Shown: one piece after another, positions 40,598 to 51,042 of the stretch
Position numbering within the stretch: the stretch's first letter is position 1
Layout of the letters: every line of letters begins with the position of its first letter
Assembly: GCA_963804995.1 (NCBI GenBank)
Contig: CAWDSK010000003.1
Location: 992,001-1,056,000 of the forward strand
Length of the DNA: 64,000 nucleotides
Direction of reading: 5' to 3'
Origin: an uncultured Acidobacteriota bacterium
GTDB taxonomy: Bacteria; Acidobacteriota; Terriglobia; UBA7540
Made by a program: the position numbers and the translations under genes
Notes under the pieces: model-generated
What the model was told of the DNA's origin: nothing
What the model saw: the letters and a program-made list of their open reading frames with translations, nothing else
The model's database searches: none

Positions 40598-42997
40598 ATG
40601 ACATTCTCTGAGACTCTGATGCGCCAAGGTTTGCGCCTGGGCTGGCCGCCCCATACATTCGCAACGATAAGGCGATCGACTTCATTTGCCGCGATTTCGA
40701 TCCTCCTGCTTACACTGATTGCAAAGCCCGCGAGCGGATCCCCATCCCCCTTGGCCAGTCTAGCCGGGACGGTGATCGATTCCAGCGGCGCGCCCATCCC
40801 CAAGGCCCACGTCATGGCAGCGGGCCACAGCTTCCGTCTGACCACCACCACGGACGACCAGGGCCGCTTTGCATTTGAGAACCTACCCGCGTCGACCGGC
40901 CAGCTCACCGTCCAGGCTCCGGGTTTTACCCCCTTCACTCGGAATTGGAACGCTGGCGACCCCGAAAGCGCGCGCCTCCAGATCACCCTTCAGCCTGCTG
41001 CGGTTTCACAATCGATGACGGTAACCGCCACGCGCACGGCCACACGCCTTGACCAGACGGCCGCCGACGTTACCCTGGTGAACTCCACAGACCTTACCTC
41101 CACCGGGGCCATCGTGCTCGACGGCGCCCTGCGCCAAGTGCCCGGTTTCAGCCTGTTCCGCAGGTCCGACAGCCTCACCGCCAACCCCACTTCGCAGGGT
41201 GTCTCGCTGCGCGGCGTGGGAGCCAGCGGGCCCAGTCGCGCGCTTGTCCTGGAGGATGGCATTCCCATCACCGATCCTTTCGGCGGCTGGGTCTACTGGG
41301 ACCGGGTACCACGGCAATCCATCAGCGGTGTCGAGTTCGTCGCAGGAGGCTCTTCCGACCTCTATGGCTCAGACGCCATGGGCGGCGTCATTAATGTGCG
41401 CACATGGCCGCTTGATTCTTCCCACGTTTCTTTTGAGACTTCCTTTGGCAACCGGACGACGCCGGATCTTTCCGTTACCTCGGCGCTGGTGCAAGGCAAG
41501 TGGGGCTTGGGAGTTTCTGCTGACGGCTTTCACACCGACGGCTTTTACCTGGTGCCCGATAACCTGCGCGGGCGGGCCGATACCCTGGCGGGCGTGGACG
41601 ACCGGGCAGTGGACTTGATCCTCGATCGGCGCCTCACCGACCAGGCGAGGGTCTTCGTGCGTGGCGACTATCTGGGGGAAGCCCGCGGCGCGGGTCTCCT
41701 TAATGAAGCCAATCACACCACCCTTCGGCAGTTGGCTGCGGGCGCCGATTGGCAATCAGCCATCGTGGGCTCGTTCTCGCTTCGAGGTTACGGGGGGGAC
41801 GAGCTGTTCGACCAGAATTTCTTGTCGGCCTCCACGACTCGCGCCACGGATACGTTAACGAATGTGCAGCGCGTGCCGGTTCAGAACATCGGATTCAGCG
41901 CGCAGTGGTCACGCACCGCCGGTTCCTTCCAAACCCTGGTGGCAGGTTTTGAAGCAGAGGGGGTGCGCGGGGCGAGTAACGAGCTCAAGTTCACCGGCGG
42001 GAAGCTGACGCCCAGTTCCGCCGTGGGAGCAGGGGGACGCCAGCGAACCCTTGGGGGCTATGGCGAGGACGTTTTCAACTTCAAATCCAAGTGGGTGGTC
42101 ACGGTCGGCACGCGGCTAGACCACTGGCTGAATTATGATGCCCTCTCGACCACCTCGACCCTGCCCGGCCCCACCGCCAGAACCGTGAAGATCTTTCCCG
42201 ATCGTACGGAGCAAGCTTTGAGCCCGCGCCTCTCGGTCCTGCGACGCCTCCCGGGTGGGTTATCGCTGACCGGTTCGATCTATCGAGCCTTCCGCGCCCC
42301 CACCCTGAACGAGCTCTATCGCTCTTTCCGGCTTGGTAACGTGCTGACCAATGCCAACAACTACCTGGAAGCGGAGCACTTGACCGGCGCGGAAAGCGGC
42401 GCCACTTGGGCTTCTGGCGGGGGTCGGATGACGGCGCGCGGTGTCTTCTTCTGGAGTGATATCACCCGGCCCATTGAGAACGTCACCTTGACCATAACTC
42501 CGTCCCTAGTCACGAGGGAACGCGAGAACCTGGGCCGCACTCGGTCGCGCGGCGTCGATTTCGACTGGTCGGAGGACTTAACCCGTGCATTCCACTTGAA
42601 CGCGGGATACCAGTTCACGAATGCTACAGTTGTCAGCTACCCTGCCGGCATAAGCCTGGTGGGGCTGCGGATTCCGGAAGTCCCCCGTCACGAAGCGACC
42701 TTTCAGGTGCGTTATTCCAATTCCGGCACCACTCACCGGATGGGGCGAATCACGGCGGCCGTCCAAGGCCGCGCGGAGAGCTCCGCCTACGACGACGACC
42801 AAAACACGTTGCGCTTGAAGCCTTACTTCACGCTCGACGCCCTCCTGTCGCGACAGCTAGGCGCAAATACCGAGGTCTTTGCCGCCGCCCAAAACCTTAC
42901 CGATCAGCGCTACCAAACGGCGCTCACGCCCTATATCAATCTGGGTCCGCCGATCCTTTTCCGAGCTGGGGTCCGCTTTAACCTCGGCCGCCGATAA
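40598..42997 (+). CDS. TonB-dependent receptor with N-terminal carboxypeptidase-regulatory-like domain
   Basis: GTVIDSSGAPI, TVTATR, SLRG, LYGSDAMGGVIN, FRAPTLNELY, NLTD. Confidence 0.92.
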   Translation: MTFSETLMRQGLRLGWPPHTFATIRRSTSFAAISILLLTLIAKPASGSPSPLASLAGTVIDSSGAPIPKAHVMAAGHSFRLTTTTDDQGRFAFENLPASTGQLTVQAPGFTPFTRNWNAGDPESARLQITLQPAAVSQSMTVTATRTATRLDQTAADVTLVNSTDLTSTGAIVLDGALRQVPGFSLFRRSDSLTANPTSQGVSLRGVGASGPSRALVLEDGIPITDPFGGWVYWDRVPRQSISGVEFVAGGSSDLYGSDAMGGVINVRTWPLDSSHVSFETSFGNRTTPDLSVTSALVQGKWGLGVSADGFHTDGFYLVPDNLRGRADTLAGVDDRAVDLILDRRLTDQARVFVRGDYLGEARGAGLLNEANHTTLRQLAAGADWQSAIVGSFSLRGYGGDELFDQNFLSASTTRATDTLTNVQRVPVQNIGFSAQWSRTAGSFQTLVAGFEAEGVRGASNELKFTGGKLTPSSAVGAGGRQRTLGGYGEDVFNFKSKWVVTVGTRLDHWLNYDALSTTSTLPGPTARTVKIFPDRTEQALSPRLSVLRRLPGGLSLTGSIYRAFRAPTLNELYRSFRLGNVLTNANNYLEAEHLTGAESGATWASGGGRMTARGVFFWSDITRPIENVTLTITPSLVTRERENLGRTRSRGVDFDWSEDLTRAFHLNAGYQFTNATVVSYPAGISLVGLRIPEVPRHEATFQVRYSNSGTTHRMGRITAAVQGRAESSAYDDDQNTLRLKPYFTLDALLSRQLGANTEVFAAAQNLTDQRYQTALTPYINLGPPILFRAGVRFNLGRR

Positions 42998-43333
42998 TTT
43001 CCTGTTTGCCGTGAGAATAGCTCCCCTCCTTGACTGAGGAGGGTATTAAGGAGCTGTGGGATACGGGGACAAATCGCGCGGCTCAACCACCCACTAACCC
43101 CCTCCTTATCAAGGAGTTGAATCACCCACTGCTCTGATTTCTTGGCTACCCCTTAGCCCCAAGGAATCATCATATATACAATCAGCCTTAATGTCAGTTG
43201 CGCACCACCTGACCTTCCCTATACAATGCGCCCCAGATTCATTGGCCACGGCCTTCCGTGGATTCTCTTTCCGGAAGTGATCCCGTTCGCGATGACCGTG
43301 GGGAGCCAGGTTCTTTTCCAAAGGAGTCATGCT

Positions 43334-44072
43334 GTGAAGACATGGGCACACATTAAAATCAGGTGGATTATTCTGTTGGCCGGATTGGCCCTGGCAACCG
43401 CACTGGTCGGGTGTAAGAGCAACCCGGTATCCTCCGAAACTTCCGGTAATGCGCCGAAACCCCAACCCTCGACCCCGGATACGACTGACGCAAGGCGGTT
43501 GAGCAACGGCGCGAATAAACTTCTCGACGCACTCACCAAGCCGACCAACTCCTTCCACTTCTCGTATAAAGGGCAGGTGAATATCAACGAGAAGTATTTT
43601 CGGGATAGAACCCAGGCGCCCCATGTGGGCCCAGTGAACGTGGAGGCAGACGTTTCCACCGGACGAACTTGATCTAGTGGAGACACGCGGTACAACCAGG
43701 AAGGAGTCCAAAGCCAAAAAGGGGGATGAAATGAAATTGGCTTTGGCGAACATGACGTTGCTGGGGCTCATGACCAATGTGAATTTCTCCATCGCGGTGG
43801 GCTCCACGGTGAGCTCCTTGCCGAGCAGCGACATGCTGGGAACGAGTTTGGCCGACAAATACACCTTCGACACGAAACAAGCCAATCCATCCCAAAAGAT
43901 GGGGCTCGACGTGGCCCGCGGGATGCTCGCCCCCATTCAGGAGTCGGCGGGCACGGCCTGGATCGCGAGGAATTCCGGCTTGCTGGTGAAATTCAATATC
44001 GACACGGACTACCTGGATAAGAACGGCCACGCCTGGAAAGAACACTACGAGGGTGAGGTAACCCCGAAGTAG
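43334..44072 (+). CDS. Lipoprotein, LppX/LolA-like (frameshift near 43656)
   Basis: AAGGAG RBS, lipobox LVGC; continues in the 43677-44072 frame. Confidence 0.6.
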
Positions 44073-44933
44073 CTCCCCACCCGAGGAGGAGACGCGCAGA
44101 GAGGAAGATCTTACTCTTCCCCGTAGGAAGAGAACATAGGGTTCCCCAACGGCCTTCTTCGGAGGCTAGACAGGCTACAGGGTGACGAAATGAAGATTTA
44201 AGGATTATCCTAACCCTGCCTTACCTGCCAACCGGAAGGCATGAAGACGCGTTGAGTCGCTTGACTGCCACAGCATTCTATGTATTTCCAATAACATACA
44301 AGGGATCCCGTGCGGGCCGGCGGCCGTTTCGCCCGTCCCCCCCCGAGCCATAGGCTACAAGTGCAGGGTTGGCCCCTCCCGGAAGTCGGCTAGACTCCGG
44401 AACAATATTTCTCTGCCGCCCAGCCTAACTCGCAGGCGGGGAGCAAAAGAGCCTGACCTCAACCTGAATACTGCCATGTCTCGCGGGCAGAAGGTTGTTG
44501 GGGGTCCTCCTCGAAACCTCGCCCAGGTGGGGCTAGGAGCACGAGCGGAGATCGGAGGACTAGAACGGCTAGAACGTGAGGTTCTTCCAGATGCGTTGTG
44601 CCTGGCCCCAGGGCTGCCAGGAGGGGACGGCAGGCGGGCGACCCAACTTCAGCACCCTCAGAAATGGAAAGCGCCCACGGGAAGCCGTAAGTCTCTATTA
44701 GATTGATACATTTGATATTAAGCCATACTTGCGATCAGCAATTTTTCCCATCTGCCCCGGGCCTCATTCCGAGAAAAACCCTGACATCCTATGGCAATGC
44801 AGAATCAAAACGGTGGCTAGAAAACAAAGGCTAGCCGTATTCTAAGAAGTAACCCGCGAGGGTATTCTGGCGAGGGCTAAGCCTTCCACAGAGTGGGTGA
44901 GCTCGATATCGGAGGGCACGGGGTCAAGTCGAC

Positions 44934-46058
44934 TTACGAATTCTTGAGCACGCGCTGGTAGAGGTCCTCATAAAGGGGGATGATGGTGCTACTGCAGAAA
45001 TTACGCTGGGCGCGCTGACGGGCAGCATGAGACATCTCGGCGTGACGTTCGGGGCTGGCAAGGATTTCGAGCGCGCAGGCCGCCATCTTCTGAACATCGC
45101 CGACTTCCACCAGGAAACCCTCCACGCCATCGCGCAGAACCTCCGGCACGCCACCCACGCGCGAGCAAACGGCCGGCACACCGCACGCCATCCCCTCCAG
45201 TGCCGCCAAACCGAACGATTCCAATTCGCTGGGCAGCAGAAGAACGTCTGCACAGTTCAGCAGGTCCTGCACCTGGTTCTGTTTGCCGAGGAATATCACA
45301 TCCTGAGCTATCTTCTTTTCGCGGACCATCCACTCGGCCACGGTGCGGTCCGGGCCGTCACCGATCATCAGCAGTTTGACGGGCATCTCTTGATGGACGC
45401 GGGCGAAGATTTCGACGACGTCGGGCACGCGCTTCACGGCGCGGAAATTCGAAAGATGGGCCAGGATTTTCTCGCCCCCCGGGGCAAACTCCTCACGACG
45501 GCATTTACCGCTGGCCGGACGGAAAACATCACAGTTGACGAAGTTGGGTACGACTTCAATCGGATTACGGATTTCAAACTCACGTATCGTGACTTGACGC
45601 AGGTATTCAGAAATCGCAGTGACCGCGTCACTTTCTTCGATGGAAAAGCGGGTGATCGGGAGGTAGGAACGGTCTACCCCGACCAGCGTGATGTCCGTGC
45701 CATGCAGTGTCGTGACGAAGGGTAGCCGCCGGGGTTTCAACATGGCGCGCGCCAGATAGGCACTGACCGAGTGCGGGATCGCGTAATGGACGTGCAGCAG
45801 ATCGAGCGATTCAGTGACCGCTACATTGGTCATGGCAGTCGCGAGCGCCAAGGTGTAAGGCGGATGATCGAAGAGCGGGTAGTTGAGCATTTCGACTTCG
45901 TGGAAGTGAATCCGTCCGGCGGCTTCGCTGATGCGCACCGGCATGGCGTAACTGATGAAATGCACTTCGTGCCCGCGCGCGGCGAGCTCGATGCCGAGTT
46001 CGGTCGCGACCACACCGCTTCCGCCATAAGTGGGGTAACAAGTGATGCCGATGCGCAT
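44934..46058 (-). CDS. bshA: N-acetyl-alpha-D-glucosaminyl L-malate synthase
   Basis: IGITCYPTYGGSGVVATELG, HVHYAIPH, TTLHGTDITLVG, SNFRAVKR, ESFGLAALE. Confidence 0.95.
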   Translation of the reverse strand: MRIGITCYPTYGGSGVVATELGIELAARGHEVHFISYAMPVRISEAAGRIHFHEVEMLNYPLFDHPPYTLALATAMTNVAVTESLDLLHVHYAIPHSVSAYLARAMLKPRRLPFVTTLHGTDITLVGVDRSYLPITRFSIEESDAVTAISEYLRQVTIREFEIRNPIEVVPNFVNCDVFRPASGKCRREEFAPGGEKILAHLSNFRAVKRVPDVVEIFARVHQEMPVKLLMIGDGPDRTVAEWMVREKKIAQDVIFLGKQNQVQDLLNCADVLLLPSELESFGLAALEGMACGVPAVCSRVGGVPEVLRDGVEGFLVEVGDVQKMAACALEILASPERHAEMSHAARQRAQRNFCSSTIIPLYEDLYQRVLKNS

Positions 46059-46100
46059 AGAGGTCCTGAGAAAGATGCCAGCCCGCCTGTTGCGCTGCGG

Positions 46101-46603
46101 CTACGAGGGGGGGCCTGCTTTTTGGATTCGCCGGCAAGAATTTCGATGCGTTTTACGGTGCGGTGATCGGCATGGAGCTCGAAGAAGACGATCACATTCG
46201 TGCCGGGAATGAGGTTGGCCGGCTTGAGCCGGGTGCCGTCAGTCGTTACTACCAGCGTACCCTTTTTGACGGGAAAAATCTCCGTGACGCCGCCCTCAAC
46301 CGAGTTGACATTCAGGATATTACGCTTTTCATCAAGGGATTGTACGGTGCCGCTGAAGGCTTGGTGTGAGGCAGCACTGGTGATCTTGTCGATGACCGGC
46401 AACTTGCTCGCGCCATGTTCCTGCGCGGTCGCCAGCATAACGGAAAGCAGCAAGGCGGAGGTCAGGAAGGCCAGCGGACGGCCCCAACCCCAGAGCGCGT
46501 CGAGACACGACACCCGGGGATTAACGTGCCTGGCAGTGAAAGAGGAAAGCAAAATCGGTATCAAGGTTGAACTCGTTACGGTGAATTCTCGGCTCGGCCT
46601 CAT
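46101..46603 (-). CDS. Exported hypothetical protein (start uncertain; stop probably shifted by a G7 run)
   Basis: Signal-like 'LLLSVMLATAQ' then 'FSGTVQSLD...LIPGTNVIVFF'; one extra C would give PS* at 46101. Confidence 0.55.
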
Positions 46604-46791
46604 GCTAGGCGAGCCCCGGCTAGCTGTCAAGTACTGCATCGTGAGGCGCCCTTCGGCACCTTTTGCGCCAAGCGTCCATCGTGCCTGGCAGAGTGGGCGC
46701 GCCACAGAGGCGGGAATAACTGAGGAAGGCGGAAATTCGTCCTGCACGTTTCCGAGAGCCGATGGGACGCAGACCCCACGAATGCTAAAGA

Positions 46792-47145
46792 TTACTCTTC
46801 TGAATTCGCCTCGCCTGTATGATGGCTGTCCCCCTCATGGTTTCCGCCGTTTTTGGATTCGCCCTCTTTGTGCATGTAGCGGATGCAGGATTTCATTATG
46901 AGGAGGTTCGGTTCGTTCTGGCGGTGGACCTTAATGCAGTTCCGGTCGTACCACTCGATCACGCCATGGATTATTTCACCCTGGTTTAACACAACCACCA
47001 TGGGTGTGCGCGACTGCATTTGCTTCACGTAATAGAAATTTTCAGCGTTCGTCTGGTCCGGCGGCGCGGGCTTCTTGCGCTGCATCCGCGAGCCAAGCTG
47101 GTCCTGTACATCAGACAGGGAAGGACGAATGAGTCGTCGATTCAT
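46792..47145 (-). CDS. Hfq/Sm-like RNA chaperone paralogue
   Basis: 'TPMVVVLNQGEIIHGVIEWYDRNCIKV...LLIMKSCIRYM' fits the Sm1/Sm2 pattern. Confidence 0.75.
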   Translation of the reverse strand: MNRRLIRPSLSDVQDQLGSRMQRKKPAPPDQTNAENFYYVKQMQSRTPMVVVLNQGEIIHGVIEWYDRNCIKVHRQNEPNLLIMKSCIRYMHKEGESKNGGNHEGDSHHTGEANSEE

Positions 47146-47546
47146 GCTGGTTTACTCCTGGAGCCCAAACAGATGGGCACAGATTAATAGCTTCTCCCGG
47201 GTGAAATCGCCAAAGGCCACCTTTGTAGACGCCTGGCCCGTTGCAGCGGTTTCCTACGGCCAACACAGAAAGAACATACAAGGAAGATAGCCGCGAATGC
47301 ACTGCATACTAACATAGACTCCCATGAGCCGCAAATCGTTTTGACCGTAACGAGGGACTTTCATTATTCATTTGTCCGACAACGGATGGATATGGGCGTT
47401 TGGGATTCATAAATTGGATGACCCGGAGTTGTTTACCGTTGCCTGTCATCCGGCCGGGAAAGCGCCGGGGGCAAGATCAAACTCTTGTGCGCGATCCGGG
47501 GTGAAAGGCAGGTCTTCAGGTGGGGCCCGCGAGGAAGATCCGAAGG

Positions 47547-48629
47547 CTAGCCGGGCTTGCGGCCCGACATCATCTCGATGCCCAGAGTCTCGAAGCCCAG
47601 TTGGGGGTTAACATTGCGAATCTGCAAGCGATAGGCCTGATCGAGCCCGGCCTTTAGTCGCTCAATTCCCTCCAGGCCGAGCTTCGGGGCCCAGGCCTGA
47701 AGGCGCGGCTGCACGTCAATATTCACAACCACCTCGGGGGAGCTCGCCAACAAGACATGCAGTAGATCCGCCAGCACGGAATAACCAATTTCGAGCGTGC
47801 CGGCAAAGTCATCGCGATTTTCGGTGAGCCCACGGGCGGAGTCGAACAGCAGGCGCCAGTCCGGTGACGCCCCGGGAGCGGCGCGGCCCGCAGTGGCTTC
47901 CAGGAAATCCAGCCAGGGCTTGCGGCGACGCTCGTATTCAGAGGGGTCAAAGGCACGGGCGCGCGCCACGCTGCCCGCCGCCACGCGTGCGGCGAGAGCC
48001 AGTTGGGGCTTCGTGAAATCTTTCTCGCGGGCGAGAAGTTCCTGAATGAGCGGCTCCTCTACGGGCTGGAAAGGGAGGCGCTGACAACGCGAACGGATAG
48101 TCGAGCGCAACTCATTGGCATTCGGGCAAACCAGGATAAAGCGGGTCGTCTCCGGCGGTTCCTCCAGCACCTTGAGCAAGAGGTCAACGGCCTGCCAATG
48201 AATGGTCTGCGCGTCGTCGAGAATGAAGAGGCGGAGTGGGAACTCAAAGGGCCGCGTGTAAGCTATGGCGCGAAGTTGGCGGATCTGTTCCGTGAGAATG
48301 AATTTGGTGAACGGCTCAAGGATTTGGAAATCGAAGTAGACCAGGCCCTCCACGCGGCGGGCGGCCTCCTTGATTTCACGGCGCCGTGCCGAATCTTCCC
48401 GCGCGGCAGCGAACATCTGCTCAGCCTTGCGGCAGCGTGCGCAATGGCCGCAGAAATCTCGAGGGCCGGTCTCGCAAACCAGCGCCTTGGCCAGCATCAG
48501 GGCCAGGGTCTTCTTGCCCACGCCGTCCGGTCCGGTAAAAAGCAGGGCGCCCGGCACACGGCCAGTCACCAGCATTTCACGAACTGCGGCCACCGCCTGC
48601 GGATTACCGAGAAAAGAGTCGAAGCCCAT
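47547..48629 (-). CDS. holB: DNA polymerase III subunit delta'
   Basis: ALLFTGPDGVGK, C..FCGHCARC, LLKVLEEPP, TIRSRCQ. Confidence 0.9.
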   Translation of the reverse strand: MGFDSFLGNPQAVAAVREMLVTGRVPGALLFTGPDGVGKKTLALMLAKALVCETGPRDFCGHCARCRKAEQMFAAAREDSARRREIKEAARRVEGLVYFDFQILEPFTKFILTEQIRQLRAIAYTRPFEFPLRLFILDDAQTIHWQAVDLLLKVLEEPPETTRFILVCPNANELRSTIRSRCQRLPFQPVEEPLIQELLAREKDFTKPQLALAARVAAGSVARARAFDPSEYERRRKPWLDFLEATAGRAAPGASPDWRLLFDSARGLTENRDDFAGTLEIGYSVLADLLHVLLASSPEVVVNIDVQPRLQAWAPKLGLEGIERLKAGLDQAYRLQIRNVNPQLGFETLGIEMMSGRKPG

Positions 48630-48832
48630 GTATTCCTCAGAGAAAGCCTTGGGTTTGTGTATCCGTCCTGTGAACTCACCTTTCCCCGGGTTTGTCACTT
48701 ACGTGCGATGGCGAGCTGGACACACATCTATGCGCCAGGGTTATTGCATAACAGTCAACCTTGTGGTGAAGCTGTTCGAGGGGGCCCAAACTCTAACGCA
48801 AAGACAACTGGACATTCTTTTGCATATTTTGT

Positions 48833-49423
48833 CTAGGCGCATTTCGAAATAGCCAACACGTCCCCAAGCTCCAGTCCCACCCTAGCACGGAGTTGGCGAT
48901 TCAGCTGGCGTTTCTGTAAGGGGATTGCTGACAATACGTAGAGGTACTCGTTCAGGTATTCATCAGTAGCCAAGGCGACGAACAATCGCTTAAGGTCGAG
49001 AGGCCTGACCACTATGCAATCACTGGGTAAGGTCCTGGTTGACGCTGCAAATTGGGGAGAGAATATAACCGAGAGTCTAGCGGGAGGCTTGTTGAGATGA
49101 CGTTGGGACAGTTGTTTTAGGCGGTGATCAGAACTCCCGTAGTACCCAAGGGCTCTGCCCCTCACATTCGAACCTGAGCGCAGCCGGAGGCTCAGATCGA
49201 TAATGTCGTAGTCTCTTCGGTGAGCCACCCGTAGAAAACTAAAACCGCTTGCACGCAAGTAGTCTTTGAGCGCAGGCCGGCACTGAGCCAGAGTTCCGGC
49301 TTTCCATTGATTTTCGAAGAACGCCTCGGCTGCTTGTATGTAGCGACGGTAAGTGTACCGATAATTAAGATACCTTTCAGTAAAATGGCTTACGAGATTA
49401 CGCAGAGGTGTTGAAGTTTGCAT
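48833..49423 (-). CDS. Hypothetical basic protein (196 aa), lower GC
   Basis: AGGAG RBS; starts 4 bp after the upstream stop; no family recognised. Confidence 0.7.
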   Translation of the reverse strand: MQTSTPLRNLVSHFTERYLNYRYTYRRYIQAAEAFFENQWKAGTLAQCRPALKDYLRASGFSFLRVAHRRDYDIIDLSLRLRSGSNVRGRALGYYGSSDHRLKQLSQRHLNKPPARLSVIFSPQFAASTRTLPSDCIVVRPLDLKRLFVALATDEYLNEYLYVLSAIPLQKRQLNRQLRARVGLELGDVLAISKCA

Positions 49424-49427
49424 GCCG

Positions 49428-50198
49428 TTAACTCCTTTTCCTGCGCAAGAGAAGGACAATTCCCAATGCCGCCAAGGCGGCTCCACCTACGAGTGTCCGG
49501 GAGGGCAGTGGCAGGATTGCAAACAAACTCAAGAAAGCTGCAGCTACGACAGCACCGACCGCGGCCAGGAAAATCCATTCTTGAATCCTCTGGCTCACCG
49601 CAGTGAGAGCCTCCAGCCGCTCAAACCTGTAGTTGACTGTGCTTAAAGTAGAGGTCATCTCGTCCAGCCGTTGGCTGATCTCTATGATGCTATAAGAAAT
49701 CCGTTTCGGCACCGCCGGGGTTTGCTGGGGTTTGCTGATTTCCTCTCCGCCTTTGTACTTACAACTGGCCTGATTGTTGAGATGTTCGAACTCGCAGGTC
49801 GCAAGCGGGTCTTCATATACTAATTCGATCGGCGAATCTGTAATGTTTGCCAACGGGAAAAAAAGTAAACCGTTGTAGCCGGGGTCAATGAGCCCGCCAG
49901 AGTAAAATAACCCACGAAGTTGATGAAAGGAGCGCAACGATAGCCGACCTGCCATATTCTGCGGTAGCTTAATCTTCTCCCGACTCGATACAATGCAGGA
50001 CTGGCCGGGCTGCAAACTAAACGAACGTTGGATAATTAGTGAGTAACCACGAAGTCCATCTGGATGTGCAACGATTACGGTTTCTCCGATCCTGAAGTCA
50101 TAAGATGCGCCCTTTAGGCGGTTAGGTTCGAAAGGGGATATAAGACCTTGTTCCTCGGCGGCGGCTTCAATTTCTGTATCAACAAGTGTCTTACCCAT
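49428..50198 (-). CDS. dCTP deaminase/dUTPase-fold protein with C-terminal coiled region and two TM helices
   Basis: ASYDFRIG, E.IKLP..MAGRLSLRS, IDPGYNG; hydrophobic 'WIFLAAVGAVVAAAFLSLFAIL' and 'LVGGAALAALGIVLLL' followed by RRKR. Confidence 0.8.
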   Translation of the reverse strand: MGKTLVDTEIEAAAEEQGLISPFEPNRLKGASYDFRIGETVIVAHPDGLRGYSLIIQRSFSLQPGQSCIVSSREKIKLPQNMAGRLSLRSFHQLRGLFYSGGLIDPGYNGLLFFPLANITDSPIELVYEDPLATCEFEHLNNQASCKYKGGEEISKPQQTPAVPKRISYSIIEISQRLDEMTSTLSTVNYRFERLEALTAVSQRIQEWIFLAAVGAVVAAAFLSLFAILPLPSRTLVGGAALAALGIVLLLRRKRS

Positions 50199-50205
50199 GT
50201 CGCCA

Positions 50206-50921
50206 TCACCTCTTGTCAGTTTCGACGCTTTCGATCAAGTCCAGTTGCTCCGAAGAATCATATCCAGACTCTGAGAAAGCTCGCTTCACAATAGTGAAAA
50301 TGTTCTTGCGGACAACCTCAATCGGCTCATTGCCATCGACTGTGAAAATCTTATGTCCTTCCGATTGCAGCCGCTTGATGCAAGTTTGGTAGTTGTCGCG
50401 AACAAGGGTCAGCCTTCCTATATCCTCGAATAGTTCCACGTGCCAACGCTGTGCATCCATCCTTTTCTTTGCTATCTCAGACGGCACGTCCAAGAAGATA
50501 GTGACATCAGGGGGCAGACACTTGAGGTTTATTTGACGGACCCACTCAAACTCTAAGTCGACGCTCTGATATGCGAAGCTGGAAAGCCAGTACCGATCAG
50601 CAACTACGGTTATCCCCTTCTCGAGTTTTGGAAGAATATCTGTTGCAAGATGGTCCATTCTGTCCGCAGCAAACATTAGTGCCATGGCGGCTGAGTCGAG
50701 ACTAGAATAGCCACCTTGCGACGCAGTTGTGGAGTTTGTGGGAGAAAAGAGGCGCCTAGACAAAGCGAGGCGGATGATGGCGCCAACAGGGCCAGCGGTT
50801 GGCTCCTTGGTTAAGTACGAGAGTCTGTTTTGTTTGTCAAGCCACTTCTTGAGTAACTCAGCCTGAGTCGTGATGCCCGACCCGTCTGTTCCCTGAGCAC
50901 TATGAACCTACCCCGAGCCAT
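50206..50921 (-). CDS. tmk: Thymidylate kinase, foreign-looking (1-bp deletion near 50894)
   Basis: MARGRFIVL[E]GTDGSGITTQ...LTKEPT..; ALMFAADR.DH, VVADRYWLSSFAYQ, PDVTIFLDV. Confidence 0.85.
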
Positions 50922-51042
50922 CTGTCACCCCTTCGGAAAATTGGAATTCAACATCGTGAAGCGCGCATATCTTACCACACGCCGCAGTCGAGCTCTCGTT
51001 TTCACAAATACAAGTATGCCACACTGTACCTCGCATATATCC

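Noticed and set aside
44073..44933. Gene or structured RNA in the 860-bp gap
   Set aside because: No recognisable ORF, riboswitch or RNA family by eye, only scattered repeat fragments; an Rfam search is needed to exclude one.
44934..46058. bshA as an anomaly in a diderm
   Set aside because: Bacillithiol-type genes are known outside Firmicutes and nothing in the sequence suggests a recent transfer.
48828..50764. 13-bp inverted match TTTGTCTAGGCGC between the cassette end and tmk
   Set aside because: One copy lies inside tmk coding sequence; probably chance.
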